From NCBI RefSeq assembly GCF_036365525.1, contig NC_090413.1, forward strand, positions 26,860,262 to 26,924,261: a stretch of 64,000 nt of DNA, written 5' to 3'. Source of the stretch: Heterodontus francisci (Eukaryota). Of this stretch, positions 17,308-36,700 are shown in pieces (the stretch's first letter is position 1; each line of letters opens with the position of its first letter). The translations under genes and the position numbers were made by a program. Below the pieces are notes generated by a model. That model searched no databases, was not told the DNA's origin, and was given only the letters and a program-made list of their open reading frames with translations.

Positions 17308-18819
17308 TGAGAATATATAGTTTCATACGATGACACAAGAATAGTGTCAACTTGAGGACTAAATGTTCCATGTGTGATGGGAAAAGTGTACGGTAATTTG
17401 GTAGCCCTGGTACTGGATTAGCAACCAGAGGTTGTGAGTTCAAATCCCACAATGGCAAACTGTGAAAGTGAATTCAATAGATGTTGTAATTTATGGACTA
17501 GCACCAGAAAATGACCATGAAAGCTGCATGATTGGTGCAAAAACCCAACTGGTTCACTAATGTCCTTCAGGAAAAGGAACCTGCCACCACGACTTGGTTT
17601 TGGCCACGGGACAGGGTTGATTCCCAATACCCTCAGAACAACATGCGGGCTGACCACCATTGCCCACATTTCAAGAACAAATATTAAAAATTATGATACT
17701 GTGTACAATCAACAGTGTCATTTCACAGCACCAATTTCACTACTTAGAAGAACAAAGGCAGCAGGTGAATGGGAACACCCCCATCACCTTCAGGTCACGC
17801 AACACCCCCACTTGAGCACATATATCAGCAGTTTCTTCATCATGGCTGGGTCAAAATCCTGGAACTCCCTCCCTAACATCTCTGTGAGAGTACATCCACC
17901 ACCAGGACTGCAGCAGTTCAGGACAAAGACCCATCACCAACTTCTCAAGCTGCAACTAGGGATGGGCAATATATTCCAGCCTTGCTTGTAACACCATATC
18001 CCCAGTATGAATAAAGAAAAACTTATGAATGAGGAAGCTATGTGGCCTGACAAGGCATTCCATCAAACAATAAAGTGGTGAATAGCCACTTTGATTACTG
18101 TTGGGGTGGGGAGTGTCAATATTCCTGCCTTAATGTATCATTGGCATCACTGGTTACTAGAGGAAATACTCAGCAAGGCCAATAGTGTGTGTAATGAAAG
18201 ACAGACTGATATTTCAGGAAAAGAACCTTTATCAGACCTGCTGGCAGCTCAGTGTCACCCTTATTGGTCCATCAGAAAAAAAGTCCAGTTCAAGGTGTAC
18301 CACAAACATTAAGCTGCCTGAACACAAAATGCTGCAAACTCTCAGCACATCAGGCAACATCTGTTCACCAGTAATCCTGAACCATTGACTGTTTCTCTCA
18401 GCAAATCTGCTGAGTATTTCCAGCATTTTCTGTATGTATTTCAGATTTCCAGCATCCACAGTATTTTGCTTTTAAGTTTTCTTTGATCTGCTGTGTATTT
18501 GCAGAATTTTTCTGGTTTTATAATGGCCCAGGTTTTTTCCCCACACCTGCTAGTTCACTGAAGCTTGTGATTAACAATTACATTTGAAAGGGTAAATATT
18601 GATCATCCATTGAGGAAAATACGAAAGTATTGGGCTTGAGATTGAATTATTTGAAATGTCCCAAAAAATTGCCCTCACTCGATGGAAACTCTGCGCTACT
18701 TTATGGTTGGCCAAACTACCCACTTTACAGTTGTGAAAAAAAACTGTTTGCGTTACTTAATCGTTACCAATATTATTAATAATAACAATCTGCCGCAGGG
18801 TGCAGAATTCCCAGGGGTT

Positions 18820-18968
18820 TGCCAGCGGCCGCTTTTCACCTTGCAGAGGCTGATGTTGCTGCGGCTTCGCACCAGGCCGCGTTGCCATGGTGAAGCGACT
18901 TCCGGTTTACGTCATCCATGGAGGGGTCTCACTGAGAACATCCGGGTGGAAGGTCAGAGGGAGCCAAG
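18820..18968. promoter_or_regulatory. CpG-rich CLPP promoter, possibly bidirectional
   Basis: Local CpG enrichment. RFX X-box-like GTTGCCATGGTGA at 18881-18893, ETS/GABP ACTTCCGGT at 18898-18906, CRE-like TTACGTCA at 18907-18914, nuclear-receptor half site AAGGTCA at 18950-18956. Confidence 0.65.
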
Positions 18969-27331
<8,363 letters not shown>

Positions 27332-27413
27332 ACTGTCCAGTCCACCTGATTCATCGTTAGTCCAATTTCTCCACAGTGTGTCCGATTGTAGTTTCAACCT
27401 CATCCATTTACCC

Positions 27414-27419
27414 AATAAA
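27414..27419 (+). terminator. Candidate CLPP polyadenylation signal
   Basis: AATAAA about 80 nt after the stop codon. Confidence 0.6.
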
Positions 27420-29149
27420 GCGTTTGTATCAAACATTTGTAACTAACAACTTGTCAAACTGTAATAAAAACAAGAAATGCTGGAACCACTCAGCAGGTCT
27501 GGCAGCATCTGTGGAAAGAGAAGCAGAGTTAACGTTTCGGGTCAGTGACCCTTCATCGGAACTTGTCAAACTGTACTGCTTTACTTTTGGGTCAGAAGTT
27601 AACCAAGGCCCTGTCTGCCTTCTTAGGTGGATGTAAATGATTACGTGGCACTATTTTGAAGAAGGGCAAGGGAATTCTCCCGGGTGTCCTGGTCAATATT
27701 TATCCCTCAACCAACATATTATCTGGCCATTATCACGTTACTGTTTGTGGGATCTTGCGGTGCACAAATTGGCTGCTGCATTTCCTACACTAACAACAGT
27801 GTCTACACTTCAAACGAGTACTTCATTGGCTTTAACATGCTTTGGGATGTCATGAACAGCACCAACTCTCCACGGAGCTATCCAGTCAGTCCCACTCCCG
27901 GCTCGATACCTGTAGCACTGCAAGTCTACTCTCAGGTGGCCATCCAACTTCCTCTTGAAATCAGTGATTGTCTCAGCTTCCACCACCTTTGTGGGCAGTG
28001 AGTTCCAGGTCATTAATGTCCCAAAAGAGGTAGAGCAGTGGCAGAGAGGTTTAGGGAGGGAGTTCCAGAGCTTAGGGCCTAGGCAGTTTAAGGCACAAGT
28101 GGAGCGGTGATCATCAGGGATGTGCAAGAGGCCAGAATTGGAGGAGTGCGGAGAAGTTGGAACAAGGTGCCCGCTTCCAGTTCTTATCCATTGACCCCCT
28201 TCCCCTCCTGAAAGCACAGGACCTGAAAACAGGCATTTACATGGCAGTGATTCCCTTCCCTCACCCTGGTGGGAAATCCTGCTGAGATTGAGGGCCTGAG
28301 GTACTGGACTGCGTTCATTTCTGGGCACCACACCAGGGAATGATATATTGGCTTTGGCGAGGGGACAGTGCAGTTTTACTGGAATGATACCAGAGCTAAA
28401 GGGTTACGTTATGAGGACAGGTTGCACAGACTATGCTTGTATTACCTTGAGTATGGAAGATTAAGGGGGGAATCTAATTGAAGGGTTTACGATCCATAAG
28501 GAGCTGATAAGCTAAGCAGAGAGAAATGGTTTATTCTGGCAGGGAGCCCAGAAAAAGAGGGAATAACTTTAAAATCTTGCTGGTGTGGCACATCTCAACA
28601 GTGTGCCCTCAGTTAGACTGTTTTCTGCAGCTTTCAGCTTGAATATAATTTGTGCTGTACCTTGCTGGAAGTGCAAGTTGATAATGGGACATCTGGTATC
28701 TTAAAGAGCAACGGAACCAACTCTTTAAACACTGAGATTGAATGATTGAGAAAGAAACGCGGGCCTGGCAGAGAAGGAAACAGGATGAATTAAAATCAAA
28801 TCAGGTACAGAAAGAATGAAAAATTTGATTGAGAGAGGAAAACTGAGACAGAAAGGAAACAATTTTTAAAAAAAGTACCCCTGTCTCAGTGCTCACTGGC
28901 TGTAAATTGCTTTGGGATGTCTTGAGGTGGTGAAAGGCGCTATATAAATACAATTTTTTTTTTAACCAAGAGTCCGTTACGCGGAAAGCTGCATGGAGTG
29001 AGGGATATGGCTTCAGTCCTTGCCTCTGATTCTGGAGGTGTCTGTGCCTGCTGAGTTAAAATCCCATTAAACTGCTTTCTTTGGCACTTTGTGCTGAGTG
29101 GACATCCTACCACAGGGGGCAGTGTGACCACAGGTTAGGCGGCGACCAG

Positions 29150-29378
29150 AATGGAAAGGACTACAACTCCCAGAGGCGTATCGAACCTCCGCGCGTGCGC
29201 TGTATCGGCGTTCCCCGATTGGTCGGAATTTCTGCTGGCGCTGTTGCTGATTGGAGGGATCCCGAAGAGGCTGGTCCAATGGGTGCTGTCATTGGGAAGG
29301 GGGTGGGTACGGTTGTCATGGCGGGAGATTTAAAGCCCGGGGCTGGGCGGCTGTTCAGGGAGTTGTTGGGTGGCTGAG
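29150..29378 (+). promoter_or_regulatory. Promoter and probable non-coding first exon of the SSX2IP-like gene
   Basis: CpG-rich. ZNF143-type ACTACAACTCCCA at 29160-29172, NRF1-like GCGCGTGCGC at 29191-29200, CCAAT boxes at 29218, 29250, 29276 and 29291, GGCGG-N4-TTTAAA at 29320-29334, donor GAG|GTGAGA at 29378. Confidence 0.75.
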
Positions 29379-29514
29379 GTGAGAGCCCGGGACTGAGTGA
29401 ATACTGGGGCCGCGGGTGGGGTTTGAAGGTTCCTTACCCGGCTTGGCTGCTTTGTCATTGGTGTTGTATTGATGAACAGTGCACTGCTGTCAACTTGCTG
29501 CATTTGGGGCCTAT

Positions 29515-30222
29515 ATTAGAAAGGGTCTAGAGGACCCTTGGAGCATGTCTCTAGATCCCTGTCTGTTGCAGGACAGGTAGATAAGGTGGTCAAGAAGGCA
29601 TGGAGGATGCTTTCCTTTATCAGTCGAGGCCCTGAGTATAAGGAGCTGGGAGGTTATGCTAGAACTGTATAAAACACTAGTTAGACCATAGCTGGAGCAT
29701 TGCATGCAGTTCTGTTCACTGCATTGCAGGAAGGATATGATAGCCCGAGATAGGGTACTGAGGAGATTCACAGGGATGTTGCCAGGAGTGGAGAACTTTT
29801 AGTTATGAGGAAAGATTTGGGTAGGCTGGCATTGTTTTCTTTGGAACAGTGGAGGGTGAGGAGAGATTTAATTGGGCTGTATAAAATTATGAGGGGCCTA
29901 GATAGAGCGGATAGGAAGGTCCTATTTCTGTTAGCAAAGAGGCCAATAACTGGGGGCATAGATTTAAAATAATGGGTAGAAGGATTAGAAGAGAGTTAAG
30001 TAAATTTTTTTTCCACCCAGAGGGTGGTGGAGGTCTGGAACTCTCTGCCTGGAAGGGTGGTAGATGCAGAAACCCTCACTGCATTAAAAAAAAAAAAAAT
30101 ATGCACTTGAAGGGTTGTAAAATACAGGGCTGGAAGTTGGAATTAGACTGGATGGCTGTTTTTGACCAGTATGGACACGATGGGCTGAATGGCCTATTCT
30201 GTGCTTTAAATGTTTTATATTT
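29515..30222 (+). mobile_element. CR1 LINE 3' fragment
   Basis: Degenerate QVDKVVKKA…LYKTLVRP…FCSLHCRKD and CR1 3' end. Confidence 0.85.
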
Positions 30223-30785
30223 CTGTTGCCATCTGCAGAGTTCTTGTTCAGTGCTCTTTTTTTTTAATGGAGCAGGGGGTGGCAGAGTGAAAACAGCAGA
30301 TGCTACAGTAACAGGGTGGAAAGCTGCAGGAGGTGGTCCGGTATAGACTGTATCTTTAATATGGTGTTTGCAATTGCCTTTGAGAATGAGAGAGGGGGCA
30401 GATAATTTGAAGGCAATTCCCCCCTCTGGTCACCTCATCCTAATAGCGAGTTCAAGTATGTGGTGGAGATTATATACATAGTGTCTACAGCACAGAAACA
30501 GGCCATTTGGCCCAACTGGTTTGTGCTGTCATTTATGCTCCACACGAGCCCTCCTCCCACCCCAGAGTAGATCATTTGATGGAAGTATGAGGGAAAAGTG
30601 GTGAAATGCCAGCATTTGATTTGTGAAAGGAATTATTTTATGCCAATGTAAATTTCCTGGGTCATTTTCCTTGTCTCTTTTTGCTTTCATTATCTTTCTC
30701 CATCCCACCCAGCCCTCCACCATAAAACTCTCTAATAACACCTACTGTTTTCATCCTCTGGCAAGTTAGATTACCAGTCGGGGAG

Positions 30786-33700
30786 ATGGGTGACTGGAAG
30801 ACCATGTCTACAGTTGAAACTGGACATTCTCCAGGTGAGCTTTTGTCCAATCCATAGTGTGTAAAAAGAAAGGTTTGCATTTATATAGTGCCTTTCATGA
30901 CCTCGGAACATCCCAAAGTACTTTACAGCCAGCAAAGCACTTTTCGTAGTCACCAATGAGTGTTGATTTGCCAGTCATAAACATGCCTCTGCTTTCAGAC
31001 TTTAAGCAGCGGTGGCCCCAACATAGAAATTAGACACGTTACCCTGGTCAGTAGCATTGGCAGACTTAGAAAAGATGGGGCGGCTTAAGCACAGAGGACG
31101 GCAAGGTTTTTCCCAAGCAAAGCTACCTCGGGCCCCCAAATGAGATTTTAAATATTGCATCCTATCTCGGCTGTTAACCTTATTGGTTAACTCCTGCATC
31201 ACCAAATCTGCCGTCCTGCCTCCTTTGCCTTTCAGTTTTACTGTAAGTTCAGTGAAGAAATAGGGCAAGGCTCTGTGGGCAGGATAACTGAAGCTGCTTG
31301 GCCCTCCTGCTTGGACACCCTTGCCCTAACTGAATGTTGGTATTGACCTCTTTAAAATTAATCTGTCCACAGATGCAAAGAGTTTCATCTTGAGGTGTGT
31401 TTCTCAATCTGCTTCGCTATTCTCCTCCCCTGCCAGCACCCTAACCCTACACTGCTCCCCAGTGCTGTCGCTTCCAAACCTTTTCAATCAAAGTACTTTC
31501 TGCTGGGGTGACAACGCAGAGGAGTGTTTCTCGTATTTAAACAAGGTAAGCGAAAGTGAAATACTGGTTTAGTTTCAATGACCGATGTGTAAATGCAGAT
31601 GCTGTGGTCTCTGGAATTGAGTGATACCACTGTTTTCTATAGCCATAGCAAGAAGCCACCTGTCTAATCCTGGACACTATAGACTCAAAGCAAACAAAGG
31701 ACCCTAAATTCTACCGAGAAATTACATGCATCCTTGCGTGTCTCAATTTTTTTTTTCTCTCTCTCTCTCTCTCTCTTCCCTCCACTAACCCCACCCCACA
31801 CCCCTGCTGAGTGTCGGAGAATGTCGTGTGCCAAGAATCAGTCAGAGCCCGTCAGAAAGAGTAATCTAATCAGTTAGTTGCAGTTCATGGGTCGCGTGAA
31901 TGGATGTGTCTCTATCAGCCCTACTTTGATCATTTTGTTTTGGCCATTGAGCCAGTTATGACACATGCTCCTCCACAGTTCTGAGCTTCTGACCAGGGAA
32001 TTTGAGAAGGCTCCCAGATCAGTCCAATTGAAAGCATTTTTCTTTTTTTTGAAGTTTTTGTTTTTATTTATGAAACACATCCTTTGCCCTGAAATAATTG
32101 TCAATGACATCCTTGGCTTGTGAGTCTTTACCATAATCCTTGACAACAACACAGCTGCAGCCTATAACCTTGCGAGGTTTCCCTTCTCGGTCTATTTTGC
32201 ACAGGCCTACCCACTCACCAAGTTTCTTGTTGTCATCAACCTTAATCAGGTGGATCTGTTGCTCAGCATAGATTGCCTCTACCAACTTAACATACTGTGC
32301 CTCATTGCAGGGAAAGACTTTGTTCTCCAGGAGTGCAGTGCCAGCATACACCCAGCAGATGTCACTATAAACAACTTGTGTACTGTATTGTACTTCCCCA
32401 CCCTGTAACAGGACCGTAGAGACTGTGTCTCAGCACATTGCGCCTACAGAGAATGCAATATAGTACTAGCAAATTGGATACAAAATTGGCTTGGTGATAG
32501 GAGGCAGAGGATGGTAGTGGAGGGTTGTTTTTCAGATTGGAGGCCGGTGACCAGTGGTGTGCCGCAGGGATTGGTGCTTTTTGGGAAGTTAAAGCAGGGC
32601 AGGATATATAAAGTGAATGGCAGGGCCCTGGGGAGTGTTGTTGAGCAGAGAGACCTTGGGGTGCAAGTACATAGTTCCCTGAAAGTGACAACACAGGTAG
32701 ACAGGGTGGTGAAGAAGGCATATGACATGCTTGCCTTCATCGGCCAAGGCATTGAGTACAAAGTTGGGATGTCATGTTACAGTTGTACACAACGTTGGTT
32801 AGGCCGCATTTGGAGTACTGTGTGCAGTTCTGGTCGCCGCACTACAGGAAAGATGTGATTAAGCCAGAGAGGGTGCAGAAAAGATTCACAAGGATGTTGC
32901 CTGGTTTGGAGGGCTTGAGTTATAAAGAGAGATTGGATAGGCTGGGTCTGTTTTTCCCTGGAGCGAAGGAGGCTGAGAGGGGACATGATAGAGTCATGTA
33001 AAATTGAGAGGCATAGATGGCCAGAGTCTGTTTCCCATGATAGGGGTGACTAAAACTAGAGGGCATAGATTTGAGGTGAGAGGGAGGAGGTTTAATGGGG
33101 ATCAAAGGGGTAAATTTTTTCACACACAGAGTAGTGGGTATCTGGAATGAGCTGCCTGAGGAGGTGGTGGAGGCAGGAACAGTAGCGACATTTAAGAAGC
33201 ATCTGGACAGGTACTTTAATGAGAAAGGCATTGAGGGATATGGAATTAATGCAGGTAAGTGGGATTAGTATAGATAGGCATTATGGGTGGCATGGACGCG
33301 GTGGGCCGAAGGGCCTGTTTCTATGCTGTACGACTCTATGACATAGTTTTATGGAATTTTCTTATTCTAAATGGTCCTATAGTGGAGGTTGGGGGAGGAG
33401 TAGCACTGCCAAAACTAAGACTTGTCATTCTCTATGCCACTCCTGGCTTTCCCCTTGCATCCTCTTCTGTTTCAATATCTTCCTATTCAGACCTGCTGTT
33501 ATCATTGCTAAGGGGTAGGTGTCTGAGTTTACAGTTTGCAATTAATTGCACACATCGATGACTGCTTGTGAGGCCATCTTCCTCAAACATGTGGGTCTCT
33601 AATACAATCCCATAACAGCATTTATATTAATGATGTCAAAGGCAAGAGTACCTAGTCTGCCATCACTAATACTTCACTGAAAACGTTACTGAGGGCACTA

Positions 33701-36700
33701 TCTCCAACACAGTAAATTGGAACTCTCTGCCTCTGTGGTGCAGGTGTATCATTTTAATTATCATGGGTCCACCCGCATGAGTCTTATATTAAATGACCAA
33801 GTTTAGTTTATGGTTTCATAATGTATAACTTCTTTCATGATGTGGAATGGAATGGGTTGAATAGCCTGCTTCTGTGTTGTATATTCTATGTAATCATATA
33901 TTTTCTTACTTGGAGTGTAGACAGTCTCAGCATAGTTTAGGTCTAGACTGAAGTGGTGGATGTCTCTTTCCTCAATACTTGTAAGCTTTGAGTGAGGCTA
34001 CCTGATTAATGCTAGTATGGGTTACTTGTACACAGCCTCCTGTCTGTCCTGGATTTGCAGCTTGTCCAAGAGGTGAGTGGGCAGGTTTTTTTTTAGCCAT
34101 TCCCCAATCTCTTAACTTTAAGGAGGTGATATTAATCAAATGGAGTTGACTGTTTATCAAATATTTCAGGAGCTGAACGCATTGGGACTTCCTCCTTTGT
34201 ATGGCGATGATAGTTTTGAGGAGAATCCGGCTTCAGGCTTTAACCATGTAGCTCTAATAAACTGTGTGTACAGCCTGCTGCAACTCTATTGGAAGAATGT
34301 GGCTAAAGTGGATGAACTAGAAACAGAGCGTTTAAAATCTTTTAGTGAGCAGGATTGCTTGAAAAGCAGCCAGTTGAAACTGCAGGTGGGTTATACTGGA
34401 ACTGCGGTCTGTAATAAAGTAAACAGTTTAGTAAAGCTAACGCTGGGTTATTAAATGAGGATACTGCCAGGTAATTGTAACCTGAATGTGACCATTTCCA
34501 CCCTTTCCTCACAGTAAAGCCTGGCTACCCGACCCGAACCCGACGACGTGTGTCAGGTTCGGGTTGGGTCTGTATTTTGCGTCCAGCATTTGGGGTCAGG
34601 CTGGACTGCCCTGTTTTGTTTCGTGTTGTTTTCATTTTAATCTGAGGTTTTTTTCTGTTTCATTAATATGTTATTGTCGGGTCGGGCATTTAACAAAAAT
34701 TAAAGGGCTCCGGCCCAGGTCGGGTTCGGATTGGCTGTTGTCGGGCCCGGGTCAGGTTTCAATTTTATACCCGAGCCAGGCTTTACCTCCCAGAGCAACA
34801 GGAAGGGGCCTGGGGTTCATCAGCTCCTTGTCTTTGCTGTGCTCTGGTATCCAACAGGAGGTGGTTTTCTTTAATTGGTGTCATGGGGAATCTTGCTGTC
34901 TTGTCGCTCTCCCATTGAATTGAGTTGCTCCTTTGTTCCACAGTACCAACAGAGACCTCCGTATTGTTTCCACCAAGGTAGCAGAAATCTTTAGACTGAG
35001 AATCCAACGCTGCTGGCCTGTTCATTTATTATAAGGGTGTGGTAGTGTGGTCTCGTGTGACGTGTTCATACTGGTGGTTGATCAGCTGGCCCTATTACTC
35101 TCCGCTGACCACCCCCCAAAAATAATCTGGAAGCAGCTTGTTTGAAGTGAAGGAGGATCAAATAACTCTGAAATTTTGTCCTTCAAAGACCATATAGTAG
35201 ACGTACAGTTCCATTGTTTGTGCTTTCCTAACAGGAACAGGTAGCGACATTCGAGCAGGAAGTTGCTGCTTTACAAGCAAAGGAGCACCAAAGACAGGGG
35301 AGCCTCCAGAATTTGAATAACCAGCTAAAGAACCATAAGGAGGAGGTCAGGTCTATGTCAAGGTGTTAAACTAAACGTAATCACGCCAAGCTCTGTTTCT
35401 AACCCACTCTCTGTCTGTTCTGTGACCCGTTGGAGAGAGTGCAGAATGGCAGATATCTAGACGTTTGGATCCAGTAAGTGTATCTGGTACAGATGATCAG
35501 GTATGTAGTTGCTGTGCCAGAATGAATGGGGGAGGCGGTGACGTAGTGGTAATGTCACGACTAGTAATCCAGAGCCCAGGCTAATACTTGGGGCGTGGGT
35601 TTGAATCCCACCACGGTAGATGGTGGAATTTGAATTCAATTAATAAATCTGGAATTAAAAGCTAGTCTAATAGTGACCATGAAACCATTGTCGATTGTGG
35701 TACAAACAAAAAAAATCTGGTTCACTAATGTCCTTTAGGAAAGGAAATCTGCCATCCTTACCTGGTCTGGCCTACATGTGACTCCAGACGCACAGCAATG
35801 TGGTTGACTCTTAAATTCCCTCTGAAATGGCCGAGCAAGCCATTCGGTTCAAGGGCAATTGGGGATGGACAATAAATGCTGGCCTAGCCAGCGATGCCCA
35901 CATCCCACAAATGAATTTTAAAAATGGTACCGCATTTCCTTCAAAGATCTCCTCTTCCCTTCATTATAACAATCGCAGAGTAAATACAGTCATAGCAGCA
36001 AGGCCCCCGAGCTCTGTGCTGTTAGCTGGGCTCACCTGTAGTGGGGAAAACGAGGGAGAAAGAAGGAGAAGGCTGAATGGGTGCTACAGTTTGTCCCAGA
36101 GCCTGAAGGAAAACCCAGCTAGGTCTTGCTCACTGTCCAATGATCTGTTGGGGAATGTGGATTTAAGGTGAGGACAGGAGCGGGCTTGTATTTAGGGCCT
36201 CTCTTTGCCCGTTTCCACTTTCCTTTCTCCCACCCCCCCCACCATCCCACAACTGTGTGTTAATCGGGTACTTGGCTAAAGTCGGAGTTGACCAGCTCCC
36301 TTGGAATTTCATTAGGCAACAATAAATTGTATTTATATGGCACCTATAATATAGTAAAGACACTTCATAGCCACATTATCAAATAAAATTTGACACCAAG
36401 CCATATAAGGAGCTATTGGGGCAGCCGACCATAAGTTTGGCCAAAGAGGCTGGTTTTCAGGAGCTTCTTGAAGGAGGAAGGTGGAGAGGTTTAGAGAGGG
36501 AATTCCAGAGCTTGGGAACTTGGCAGCTTTAGAATTGACCATGGCTAACTGTGAACCTGGGTTAAACTCTCAATACTTCTGGGTTGGTGATTGCTGCCAT
36601 CTCTCTTATAGGTGGTGAAGTTACAGAGTATTATTGCAAGTCGGGCGGCTCAGCATGTCCATGACCTGAAGAGGAAAGAGCAGGAATTGAGCAAACTGAA

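Noticed and set aside
29108-29124. CTCF-like site CCACAGGGGGCAG
   Set aside because: Only the 3' half fits the consensus, which is too weak without a matrix scan.
32064-32351. 95-aa ORF as a functional RPS12 gene
   Set aside because: The N-terminal ~55 residues are missing and replaced by unrelated flank. There are no introns, a poly(A) remnant is present and the C-terminus is altered.
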